Assembly (NCBI GenBank): GCA_016748015.1
Contig: JAAOMT010000239.1
Coordinates: 220,356 to 284,355 of the forward strand
From: Geosiphon pyriformis uo1
Lineage: Eukaryota; Fungi; Glomeromycota
Length of the DNA stretch: 64,000 nucleotides
Direction of reading: 5' to 3'
The notes under the pieces are model-generated. The model ran no database searches. It was given only the letters and a program-made list of their open reading frames with translations, and was not told the DNA's origin. This document shows, one piece after another, positions 1 through 12,402 of the stretch. The number at the start of each line of letters is the position of its first letter. Within the stretch, counting starts at the first letter, position 1. The translations under genes and the position numbers were made by a program.

Positions 1-597
1 TTTTTCTAAATTTTTCTTTGTTCCCGATCCCTTTAGATAACATGTTGCAAGATTGTAGTATGCATTTGTATTACCAGCCTCTGCTACTTTTGAATAAAGT
101 TCAAATGCTTTTGTTGAATTTTTCGTCGTTCCTAATCCATTTTCATAACAAAATCCAAGATTGAATTGTGCAATTGTATATCCTGCCTCTGCTGCTTTTG
201 AATAGAGCTGGAATGCTTTTCCTTGATCTTGTAAAGTACCAATTCCATTATCATAACAACGTCCTAAGAAGAATTGTCCGAAAGAATCTTTTGCTTTCGC
301 TGCTTTCTGGAATCTTTGAAAGGCTTTTGTTAAATTAGGAATAGTTCCAATCCCATGTTCAAAAGAAAAGCCGAGCAAAATATTGTCTATCGAACGCTTT
401 AAACTTTTATTCTTCAAACAATCGAATAAATCTTCAGGTGTTTTCTGATTGTGCTCAAGGTATATTTTCACCAAGTCGGCAACTTTTGAATATTCGCTAG
501 CTGGAAAAATGTCCAAATTTTTTTTGATGACAATTAATGCTCCTTCAAGCCAGTCGATGGGTGAAATTGCAATTTCAATTGATGAAGTTGAAGACAT
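1..597 (-). CDS. Sel1-like repeat protein, 5' part (runs off the left edge; may continue into a kinase domain)
   Basis: ATG at 597 opens a stop-free 199-codon frame to base 1, missed by the ORF track. It reads MSSTSSIEIAISPIDWLEGA...LGFSFEHGIGTIPNLTKAFQRFQKAAKAKDSFGQFFLGRCYDNGIGTLQDQGKAFQLYSKAAEAGYTIAQFNLGFCYENGLGTTKNSTKAFELYSKVAEAG..., i.e. 36-aa Sel1 repeats. Confidence 0.92.
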   Translation of the reverse strand, partial: MSSTSSIEIAISPIDWLEGALIVIKKNLDIFPASEYSKVADLVKIYLEHNQKTPEDLFDCLKNKSLKRSIDNILLGFSFEHGIGTIPNLTKAFQRFQKAAKAKDSFGQFFLGRCYDNGIGTLQDQGKAFQLYSKAAEAGYTIAQFNLGFCYENGLGTTKNSTKAFELYSKVAEAGNTNAYYNLATCYLKGSGTKKNLEK

Positions 598-3008
598 GAT
601 TTGTATATTTTTTATGGGTGAAGAAGGATTTTAAAGAGTTCGTCTTGCTAATAAATAAGGATTTCAATCTATAATCTTGAAGAAATCTGAAAGGCTAACT
701 ATGCTTGTCATGTAAACTTAAAGTTGAGTTACATCATGATTGATTTTGATAAATTTTTTGAATAGATAATCTAGTGCTAAGGTTGCAGATGGTCTAGCCG
801 CTTCTTTTAACCGCAATGAGAACTTTAATAGCTAGTTTAATATTTGATATTCAACCCAAAATCTGTAATGCTTTAATTGTCATCTATTTTGGGCGTCTTT
901 CACTTGGCAAATAATTTATCTGAAATCTTCTCACGCCTTTGTCTTAAATCCAGTATAATAATTGATGTATTCGGCATTACTTTGGAGAATAAAAATATTT
1001 TGGTTCTCATGAAAAAAATTGAGTATATTGAAATGTATTATTATATAAGTTCTGGAATGTGAAAAGATCTCGTTTTTGCTACCTTTTCTGTGAGCTCTTG
1101 TCTTTATGTGAACTTTTAAGTCAAACCATTTTTAAATAAAAAATTACCTCACCTGATTGTGTTATCATAGGTTTTAGGAGAGAATCGGAATGATAAATAA
1201 AGTTATATGAGAGATTAATGATTTACAAAAGGAGTTGTTACGAAGCAAAATTTATCAAAGACCGAGGTATATTAAAGGATTCAGAACAAGTTTCGTGAAC
1301 CTATAAAATACCATATATAATATTTAAATGAAGTCGAATCAATTAATAATAATACTGAGAATCTTATTCAATCAAATAATTTGTGTTCAAACCACTTTGG
1401 TAAACACTAATTCAAGGTCTATTAGCAAACCTTTTTTATGAACTTTAAAAGATACTTGCCTAATTAATATTTAATTTTCTTAAAAAACCAGATTTTTATG
1501 AATTTTCAAATAAAACTTTATTTAATGTAGCTTACAATAGCTTACTTCCAAAATTCTTATAATTCTGAAATAAACTATAAATTGGCAATAACTTTTATTA
1601 ATAAAAAAAAATACAAAAAGATATTAAACAAATAAAAAAGCTTAATGTATTGCATATATTTTGGAAATAGTCAATAACAACTTTTTAGATTAAATTAAAA
1701 TATATTATAAATTAGCAAGTCATTAATGTTTATAAAAAACAGATTTAATAATTAGAATAAATAAAAATTTAACTTGACTAAAAATGTATTATGCTTTATA
1801 GCAACCAAAAATATTTAAAATATTATGCTTTTAACAAATACTTTATTAACAATAATTTAAAGTACACAAAATTAATACTTTATATATAATTTGAAATATT
1901 CTAAAAAAAGTTGTTAAAGTGTTAACCAAAAATCACTTTTAAAATCACTTTTAAGATTTTACTAAAGCAATAATGTAAATTGCTTTCAGATTATCTTTAA
2001 TTGATAAAAAAATCAATATTAAAAACCTAATTGCTTATTAAAACAGAATTTGAGTTTTTACTGCCAAGATTAGATAAAATCATAAAAAAAATAAGTTAAT
2101 TTATAATGGATATTTTAAAGCTTGTGAATTATATCAATAATAGAAATACCAATATAGCATTTTTGTCAGATAAAATTCTTTTTAAACTGGGTTATTTGAG
2201 CTTGGTTAAAATAAAAAATTGAGAGCTTACTTTCAAATATTGTCTATATTAGTATGTTTTAATAAAAATGGTAAGATATTTAGGAATCTAGTTAACTTAG
2301 CATAGTGTTGTTTTAACATAAGTCCAAGTGGCTGGTTATGTGTTAAAACACATAACTCATGTTTATAGTTGTCTAAATTGTAATTAAAATAGACAGTAAA
2401 AGGACCTTACTTTGTTAACGCAATAAAAAAAATTAAAAACAAAAAATAATAGATTTCATTTATATTTTTAATATGTTTTATTAAAAACTTTTATTGACAA
2501 TATTTAGATTTTTTAACTTTTTAGTAATTTCTTAAGTGTACAAGATATTATCCTAAATTTCGATAACTGTTATATTGGTCTTTAAAGCAAGCGAAAAAAT
2601 TCACTTAGTTAAAATGCTGTGTTATTCTGATATCTGTTTTGAAATCGGAATAAAAATACAATGTACAATGAAGTAATTTTTTTGAATATTAAATAAATTA
2701 AGATGCTTTTACCAATCATCCTTTTTATAAGTTTTAATAACATTAATCAAGATATGCTTTGTCCAGCAAATGTCTTAGTATATCTGATTTTAGGATTAAT
2801 ATATCAACTTCATATTTAATAATTAAAAAAATAAAATTCAGGAATTTTACAAATATATTTATAAAACACATTAAGGAAAATTCCTCTAAGGTTTTCAGAA
2901 ATTTTAGTGAATATTGTACAATGTCAATTCAATTATTTTTTTAAAGTGGTAGCATGCTCCTTATTACCGAATTTTCTTTTTATAAAAATAAAATTTGTGA
3001 AAAAAACT

Positions 3009-3305
3009 TTAAAAATCTCAAAATTGATGGAACATTTCTTGTAAATCCCAAAAATATTTAAAGAACCAAATAACTATATATATTAAATTTCATTTTCTAA
3101 ATGTCTATAGAAAATAAAGAAACAAACTCTTAAAGAATGAAAATTATATGAGATATAGAATATATCATTAAGATAATTTATTTAATAGGTAAACGTATTT
3201 ATTTTCTAGAAACATTTTCAAAACAAAATCCAATGCATTTATTTATTATTTTTTAAAAATAATTAAGAATTCTAAGAAATGCTTCATCAATTTTAAGATT
3301 TTTAA
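3009..3305. repeat. Degenerate foldback/MITE-like element with long inverted repeats
   Basis: 3009-3040 matches the reverse complement of 3274-3305 at 29/32, all mismatches transitions. A second inner imperfect IR lies at ~3092-3120 / 3197-3223. Confidence 0.6.
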
Positions 3306-3345
3306 TGCTAAAAAGAAAACCTATTAATCTATTAATTTGAAATAG

Positions 3346-3520
3346 ACTTATGATCTTGGCACTCTGTATGTTGGAAGAATATTTAAACTTGGGCACTGTT
3401 ATGAGGAGGCGACTAATACCAAGGACGAGAAGAAAGCTTTTGTCTTTACTTACCATCCCGCTTCCCAGGATTATATTCACGGCCAATATTATGTTGGTAA
3501 ATGTTATGATTCGGCATAAG
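3346..3520 (+). pseudogene. Sel1-repeat remnant
   Basis: A frame absent from the ORF track reads ...FKLGHCYEEATNTKDEKKAFVFTYHPASQDYIHGQYYVGKCYDSA*, matching Sel1 LGxCY..G.GT.KD.KKAF / GQY.VG.CY. Confidence 0.7.
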
Positions 3521-3736
3521 GACGAAAAACGGTTTATCTGTTTCGTTTGAGAGTGCCAAGTTTGTAGGTGTCAAACTAATAAATAAATAAATAAATACAT
3601 CGGATTTTGCTTCCTAAAACTTTATAGAGAATACACACATTTGGTTATTATATAGACCATCTCAGTTATATTCCATCTCTCACATTGTCTTCATCCTTTA
3701 AAAATTAGCTATAATTGAATTTACTTTTAAATTGAA

Positions 3737-5028
3737 ATGCATTTTAAACACAATCTTCAAAGCAGATCTAAAATTATAGTGGCAACTTTCATGTTATTGA
3801 CATTTTATTTTCGAATGCACAGAAACCAAAAAAATTTGATAGATTTAAAAGGCTTCAAAATACTAAGTTCGCTCAAAAATTAGATACAAATCAAGATTTT
3901 CCAACTATAATGAGGTGGATGAATCTTATAAGTTTTCACTAAATAAGAATCAAGCTATAAGACGTTCACAATCACAAAAGAAATTGCCATCCAACCCTAT
4001 CGACCCGGTCTTTTACAACGCTCCAGTGTGGATAAATTTTATAGACTGTACAGGGCTAAATAACGTTGGCTTAAGAGTGCCCGGTTTGCAAATAAGAGGT
4101 ATTTTGTTGTACAACCAAATATTCTAATATTAAGACTATTTTCTAAAAAGAAAATATTTTAGTGCATGCACTTCGCTGGGAAGAGAACCTGGGGAAGGAG
4201 CCTGATTTAGCAATCATATTTGTAAGCCCAGTAAGGTCTTTGATTTTTATGAATGATAAACCTTTTTTTTCTACGAAAATAACATTAATAATTTCTATTT
4301 TACACCAGAAGAAAACAACAAAGCAAGAATAGAGTTCGAGAAATTCAACATTATTGCAGCTAAATTTTCCCCAGACGACCGAACGTGTTTATTCACAATT
4401 TATTAAAGAAGTAGAGCCATTATTCCCTGGGTTAAAAAGAACTATTGGGAGCACGTAAAATACTCTTTAATCCATAGTTCTGCGCGTATTTTGTTTGTTG
4501 GACATGGTCTTGGTGGAGGTTTGTTACTTAAATATTTCTATATTTTTAGTAATCAAAAGTAAATGAATTCTATTTTAGCTTCTAATAAAATAAAAAATTG
4601 TATTTTCAATATAATAGCATACGCTTTAATTGCTAGTTATCTGTGGCAAGGGAACTTGATTATGACCAATTTAGCATTGAAGCATATACTTTGGGGCTCC
4701 GAATGGGGTGGAAGCATTTTTGTTTGGAAGTATGGATTGAGCCATTAGACACGTGTGATTGTACTGAGGATCAAGAGAAATATTGGGAGTGTAATCGTTT
4801 TGCTGTTGATGAGAATGAGGTCAGTAAATAGTTGTCCGATTATGAAATATTTTTACACCTGAAAACTGAAAAAGTTGTGCTATCTATTTTAGGAATGTAA
4901 TGCAGGTCAACCAATAGACATGGTCCCAGACCAATTTTTTCATAATGGCCCGTTATTTTGGAGTTGAAATAGGCAGTTGTAAACATACTAAAGGGTTTAA
5001 AAATTTTCAGAATAAAGATATAAATTGA
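3737..5028 (+). pseudogene. Class-3-lipase-like (pseudo-lipase) pseudogene
   Basis: LFVGHGLGG|AYALIA at 4491-4635 across a GT-AG intron (4519-4617). It continues YT(F)GAP-like, then WKHFCLEVWIEPLDTCDC...WEC...ENE|ECNAGQ...HNGP(fs)YFGVEIGSC. It carries frameshifts, stops and an internal deletion. Confidence 0.75.
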
Positions 5029-5819
5029 ACATTTTTATTCATTTTAACATAGCAATTTAACTTTTCTTTTTTAAATACAAATAAATGAGAGTTTATAATA
5101 TATAATAAAAGTTTTCTAAAAAAAAAACATGGAAATAAAAATTCAAATAGTTTTTATATATTAACTTTTCGATTAATTGAAAACATTTAGAAGAACAGAA
5201 TTCAAAATATTTGTGTTGTTTTTTTTTAATTTTAAGAAATAGTTAAAACAATCTTTTCATATATTTTAATTTAGGTGATTTAAAAATATAAAAGTACTTG
5301 TCACTTATTTAAATTTACTGTCATGTTATTTTTATTGAAAAAGTAGCAATGTAAAATAATTATGGATGATATTTTTTTATTTGAAATACTTTGATAATTG
5401 AAAATATATTTAAAGATTTTGTTTAAAAATTTCATTTAAGAAATTTAATTATTTGATTATATATGTTAGTAATTTAATGTTATTATTTTTTAAACAGGAA
5501 TAGAATTTTGCAATTATGTAGTCACAAAATCAAAGATGTAATTATTTAAATTTTTTTTACTAGATTTTAATTAATTTTAAAACTTTTTTTTGAGAATAAT
5601 ATCGTAGGTTAAAACAAATATAAATTAAAGATTTTGAAATTTAATATTTTACTTAATCTAAATATTAATAAAAATTTAAACGACTAAATTAACTTGCTTT
5701 AAACACTTATTAATATATAAATAAAATACATATTTTTGTTTTTAAAAATTACAATTTATTAAATTTAACGAAATAATATAAAACTAAAACCCAGAAAATT
5801 AGTTAACTATTAAGAGTAC

Positions 5820-6365
5820 ATTGGAATGCAAGAAAAATATCAGCTTATCACTCAAACCAGAGTCCTTATCTTATTGCACACCCAAATTTTAAACAATCTT
5901 TATGCGACTTTTCTGATTTGTCGCAACTGACAAATTCCATAAATTATACTGTGCTTCTCACATTCTGCTCTCAATTTCGCGGTCAATAACCACACCCTTT
6001 CTCTGTGTGTCATTATCAGCACAATCTTACAATGGCTGTCTTAGTGGATCTGAAGGTCTTTAGCGCATTGCTATACCAATACTTTATAACGAATCCCTTT
6101 GCCAATGCCATGTAAAGCCTTTTTACAGACTCTATGTTGTGAACCCTATTCATAGACGATAATTCACAAAGATCTTGCATGACCCTAGAATCACCGATTG
6201 TCGAATTTGACCATGTAGACCATAATTCCTTATAGTGTTTGTATCGGTAGCGCATTCGAACACATGTGCCGAAGATTCGACTTATCGCAAGCGCTTCTTT
6301 TTGAAGCTTTTTAGTAAAACAGAGGGATAAGTTTGGGCAGAATGGCTGGCAATATAACGGTGGGT
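5820..6365 (-). mobile_element. 3' remnant of a non-LTR (LINE-like) retrotransposon ORF
   Basis: Reads ...KRLYMALAKGFVIKYWY... then VWLLTAKLRAECEKHSII in a shifted frame. As recalled, this resembles the post-RNase H C-terminus of Glomeromycotina LINEs (LYxALAKGFV..W ... IWLxRAKxRAxxEK). Stops and frameshifts present. Confidence 0.55.
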
Positions 6366-6855
6366 ATCAAGGTAAATAAAAATAACATTTAAGTGTCGAC
6401 CTTTTTGGAATTTAGAAACACGATAAAGTTTGATAACATTTGGCCGCCGTTAAAAAATCTTTTATTTTAATGCACAAAAGAATTTCAGCAGTACAGTATT
6501 TTTTATGCATCACACGAAGCGTAAATCTTTTTTATTAGTATTGTTGTTGTTGTTGTTGCTATTTTTCTTGTTTTATAAAGAAATTGAACTACTCATTTAA
6601 TTTATGTAACAAGAAAATTTGACAATGGGAAACTTATTTGGCGTTTCTGTGCATTATAGCTACTTAGATTTGTTCATAGTTAAACCTATTTAGTATGATG
6701 AATAACGATATGTGAACACAGAGAGATAAGATGAATACTAACTCCACCTTTAAAAAATTTACTTTCGAAAAAAAAAAACCTTTGTTCTTGTTAAAAACCC
6801 TATTCGAATAATAGCCTATACAATTTTATTTAATTTTATTCACATAAAGTTAACC

Positions 6856-8353
6856 ATGGAAAACAAAGAAATTAAAAGAACAACTCGTCCATACGCTCAT
6901 AATTGCAATGAGTGTCGACGGTGTCAACAGAGTATTAAAGATAATTATAATCATTGTAGAACATGCCAGTTCATGTTTTTTGAAAAACATTATAAAGACT
7001 TTTCAAGTGGCAATGAAGAAGTTGATAAAATAATTAAGAATCCAATCTATATTCCTGATAATTGGAATAGTCAATTGAATTACTATGAATGGATTCCATG
7101 GGAGCGTTTGTCGGATATCAACGAAATTGCTAGAGGAGGGTTTGGTATAATTTATAAAGCAACCTTAATTGATGGATTAATTGATGTAGAAAGTATAAAA
7201 TATCATGGTTCAATGGAATATAAAAGAAAAAGAATAGGATGGGCGGTAGCAATAAAAATTATCCCAACGAACAGTTCAGAAGTGTTTAAAGAGGTAACAA
7301 ACTATTTATATTTATATATATTAATTTAATTCACATTTACTTATTAGTTATTTACTATATATATTATCTATTTACTTAATCTTTTTTTACACTGTGTTTT
7401 GATAGTTATATATTCAAAGAGCTATGTTTAGTTATAAGGGATATGGAAGTTCTTATGTCTCTAAAATATTGGGGATTACGCGAAACGCTGAAACACTCGA
7501 GTATGGAATTGTGATGGAGTTTGCCAAAAAGGGAGATATGCGAAAATATTTATCAACAAATTTTCATTCTACGAGTTGGTATGATAAATTACACACCGCG
7601 TACAGTATAGCTTCTGGACTTGAACATATTCATTCTACTGGTTTGGTTCATCGTGACCTACATTCGGGCAACATCCTACAATTATACAATAATACGGTAA
7701 CTATTGGAGACCTCGGATTATGTCAGCCTACAAACTATGAAGCAACAACAATAACAGAGGAAAAAAAGATATTTGGAGTGATTCCATATATTCCACCAGA
7801 AGTTTTAAGAGGAGAAAAGTTTACAACAGCTGGTGATATTTATAGTTATGGAATGTTATTATGGGAATTATCAATAGGAAAATCTCCTTTTCATGATTGT
7901 CCTCATGACGAAATCCTTATAATGGCTATTTTAAATGGTCAAAGACCTAATATTACCTCCCCACTTATTCCACCTTCTATCGGTAAACTCATTAAAAAGT
8001 GTTGGGATGCTAATCCTAAGAATCGTCCTACTGCTAGAGAACTTACAGGAAAGTTTATGGAACTTCTTGATTTGTATAATAATCATATATTTAGATTGAT
8101 ATACTTTGGGAAATCAAATATACTAACAAAAATAGCAAAAAATGACTCGACAACAACAAAGATAGCAATTCATCCAGAAGCAGTTTATACAAGTCGTCTT
8201 TTAACTGCTCAAATGGTCAATTTTTCAACAGGTTTGTTTATTTAATTTATAAAATGATTCATTTTATTTGCTTTAATTACATATTTTAACTTTCTTTTTA
8301 AATAATTAGTCTATTTGCCTGAGAGTAAAAAAGTTGAAGAAAATTTTGAATGA
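6856..8353 (+). CDS. TKL protein kinase with N-terminal Cys-rich motif (kinase A), intact
   Basis: Exons 6856-7293, 7406-8231, 8310-8353. Motifs: ARGGFG, VAIK, alphaC Glu at the intron 1 donor, HRDLHSGN, DLG, GVIPYIPPE, tail IHPEAVYTSRLL, last exon VYLPESKKVEENFE*. Confidence 0.93.
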
Positions 8354-10151
8354 ATTTTTAATGTGTAATCGTTTAAATGAGTTTAATCATATTTGTTTCT
8401 TTTTAATTATAAATCAATCATAATTAGATTAGAATTATATTATATATTTAGTAAAATTATCTTTCATTAATAAAATTTAGATATAAAAAAAATTTTATCA
8501 TTTATAATATTAATTAAAATATTTAATTATTTGTTTTATATTATTTGTAAAAAATTAAATTAAATTAAATTAAATTCTAAAAATAGGATGGCTAATAAAT
8601 GACATCAGTGGTTAATACATGTAACTAACTATGACTAAGTAAATAAATAAGAGTTAAAAGTAAAATTTTCAACCGTAACAATATGTTTAAAGCTAAATTG
8701 GATAATTTTTTTCTAGCCATACAGTTTTTAAGATTAGTAAATTAGTTTTTTTTAGTTTATAGTTATATTTGTTTTATTTTTTGTTTTCTAATTTTTTTAA
8801 TGGTTATAATATGTAATTATTTTTTTTAATTCTTAAAAAAATTTAAATATTACAATTATTAAAATCAGTACTTTAAGAAATTATTTTATTTGGTAAAAAA
8901 TCTTTAATTATTAATACTATTTAAATATTAAAATTCAGATTATTCGATTACAGATTGCAAATAGCTTTACCTTTTTTTTAAGTTATTATTTAAGTCTATA
9001 ATTAGTCTTAAAGTTTGTAAATTCCATTTTGTTGGTATCAAGTTTTATTTTAAGACTTGTGTTTTGTTAATTTTTTTTTGCTATTAAATAAAAAATGTCT
9101 TGGAATTCAAAAAAAATATTGCTATTTTTAGCAAAAAATTGAACAAAATGTGTAAAAAGTAAGTAAGTTTAAAATAATTGTATTTTGATTAAGTACATAT
9201 ATAAAATATTTTATAAAAATAGTTTTTTTTATTAAATTCAATATAATTGAGGTTTAATTAGATTTATGTGTTTAACTATATGTAAAAAGTATATAAATTA
9301 TATCTAATTTAAAACTTTTTGTAATTCTTAAAAAAAAATTTTAATATTTTTATTAAAATATAATATTATTTAATTTAAAAAATTAAAATAATACTATGAA
9401 CTAAAAAAATTTTCAAAAATAATTATTAATTATTAGAATAAATAATTTTTATTTTGATATTTAATATTAAGTTTTTATGCATAAAGTCTGTATTTTAAAT
9501 TTTTAAAATACTATTACCAAAATTAAGCTGAATAATTTTTTATTACAAAAAATTTGGTGTAATTTTTGTTTTGTTTTAAATTTTTATAACATATTTTTTA
9601 ATAATAAAAAAATTATTGGTTTTATTTAAAATTTATATTATTTTTATAACAAATATACTAATTACAATGTTTAATTTGAATTTAATTGTAAACAATAGCT
9701 TTTTTTATAAATAATAATAGTAATAACATTTTATTTATCAAAGTTAGTTTTAATTAATATATAATTCAATTGTTTAATATATTGAATTTTAGTTAATTAC
9801 TACCAGTTTTAAAAGCAAAAGAAGTATGTTTTTATATATAACTTTAATCAATTCATTTATTAAGTTATTTGATCTTAAAAACTAGATTAATTAAATAAAA
9901 ACTCAAGTTTTTTTTTTGATAACATTGTTGATTTAATGATATTTAAAAAACAATTGTTAAGATTAAATTAACTTATATTATGACTGTGTTTTAGTTTCCA
10001 TTTTTTTATTGAGATTCATGTAAAATAAATTCCCTTGTAAGAAATGATATAATATGGGTTAATTACATGAATAAAGGTAGTATGTGCAGCTAAGAAAATT
10101 TTAAAATTAACTTTTTAATGCATATCAATTGGAATAGTTTTTTTAGGATAA

Positions 10152-10546
10152 TTATGGAAAATTTGCATATGCTACATAAGAATCTCTCTTTAAGTTGCCA
10201 TTGCTAATGCCATTAGACCGACCGTGATTGAAGTTGTCATTGTTATTTCCATTCAAGTTACTATAATTGAAGTTACTATTATTGTTTCCATTTTTGCTGT
10301 CAAGGTTACCATTTCTATTATTGTTTCCGTTGCTACTGCTGCATTTTTCGAGCTCCAAGTTTTTGATTCCCATTGTCGGCACCCTTACACAAATAACCAT
10401 TGAATATATCATTGTTTTTTCCGTTATTGAGGTTACCACCATTACCGCTGTCATCACTATAGAGATTACTTCGGCGTTTTTCATGGGCCAAAAGCGAGAA
10501 AAGCAGCATAAGATAAAACAAATATTATAAGAGTTTTCTTTGCCAT
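10152..10546 (-). pseudogene. Small secreted Asn/Gly-rich repeat protein, frameshifted
   Basis: Stitching three frames gives MAKKTLIIFVLSYAAFLAF (signal-like) / AHEKRRSNLYSDDSGNGGNLNNGKNNDIFNG...DNGNQ / SNGNNNRNGNLDSKNGNNNSNFN...NGNNNDNFNHG..NGISNGNLKRDSY...FP*. Confidence 0.65.
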
Positions 10547-12402
10547 TTAAAGTCATAAGGATTTAGAATTTGAAATTTAATAAGATGAAGTTTTTGTTGA
10601 GAAAAAAATGGCTCTTTATATTTTTCAAATTTTAGGTTTTCCAAGAAATTCAATCTTTTTCAGATGCTTAAACAGAGTATTAACTATTAATCCCCTTTTC
10701 AGTGTAGCAAAAATATTTTTATAATCTCATTTATAACGTATTATTGTTATTTGAAATGCCAAGCAACTTTAGTAAATTTTCTATTATTCTGTACAACTGA
10801 AAAATTTTCGAGTTTAGCACAAATTATCACCATTGAAATTTTGGAGCAAAGCCTTTAAGGTTTAAACCTCAATTTTTTATAGTAACATAATGAAACCACT
10901 ATCTGTGACTTTGAATTTAGACTATTTTAATTGCTTTAGTAAAATGACATTTACCAATTTGATTTTTTAAGATAAAGATTGATTGGAATCCTTTTCTAAT
11001 TTGAAATAGCAAATACATTAAACTGATCATGATCATAATTTTCAGGTTTTGAGGCTACTGACAATAATTTTACTTTCTTAATTGAGGTTTTATTAATTTA
11101 GTTTTTTTAAATGAGCTTATCCAGAGATTAAGGCAGAGTATTTCTTTTTCAAGCAGGATCTCATTAAATGACTTTTTTTACCTTTTTAGGCCTTGAGCTA
11201 TTAATTTACAGAGTAAACTTGCTAAACAAGAATACGGAGTAATATATTATTTAGATACCCACTTTTATAAGCCCCAATGTACAATTAGTGATATATTACT
11301 TTTACTAAATAAAACATATTTAAACTAATAAATAAACAAGGATTACCTAATTTTTGAGCCTAGTGACAATATTCTTTATTAGAATTTTATTGATTACCTT
11401 TTTTCGCCTTTTTAATTGACGAATGAATTTACGAATTCAAGCTGTCTACATATTTCACAAAAATTATTTATTATTGTTATTATTATTTTCTTATAGGATT
11501 TTTACATATTATGATATCCATGTATACGCAAAAATCTATTGATTTTATCAATGTTAACAAAGCAAACTGTGAATATTGGTGCTGTATCATTTTGTTTGAC
11601 GGTTAACTTTGTTCTTTATCTCCAAGCTTTCTAGCAATTAAAACACTCTTTCAATAAAGAAAATATGGAGAATATTAGATATAAAATTTCAAACAGAGTA
11701 ATTTAAAAATATACTTTTAACCTAAAATAAAATAAGTTCATAGATCTTAAGAAGAACTTAAGATAAAGCAAAGAGGCAACAAATCTAGGTCTCTAAAGCA
11801 GTAAAATTTACAAGTGGTTCTTAAGATCGGAGAATATCGCATTGAATTTTTGTTTAATAGTTCATAATTCTAATTCTTGAATCTTAATTTACTCAATTAT
11901 TAGCCCTTAAGACATGTAAGTAGCATTTATCCAAAATTATTATTTCATTTCCGACAAAAAAACCTTTTGTTTTTTCAAAGTTTGTGACGTTATAGTGTCA
12001 GATATAAAATGGATTACAAAAAGATTTAGGAGATAATTTTAAAAAATGACTGCAAAAGGCTTTAAAAATAATATTTAAAAAAAAAGTAAATTAATAACAA
12101 AACTTTATTGAATTAGGTACAATAAACTTTTGTTTTTTTCATGCATTTCCAAAGTTACAACACAACTTTTATAAATTGCTTCTGAATAAATGCTCATTTT
12201 TTGTTGAAAAATTTGGTGTCATATATTAAAAGCCCAAAAAAATTGTTATTTGTGTTAAAAATTATAATTAGTTGTCTATTAGTTCATATAATATTTGAAA
12301 CTCATGACAATAATCAAAAATAAAACCAAGAAGGCTTCATAAAGTAAATTATTAATTTCACAAATTGGCATGCAATTCTCTTTAATTAATTCTAGAGACA
12401 TT

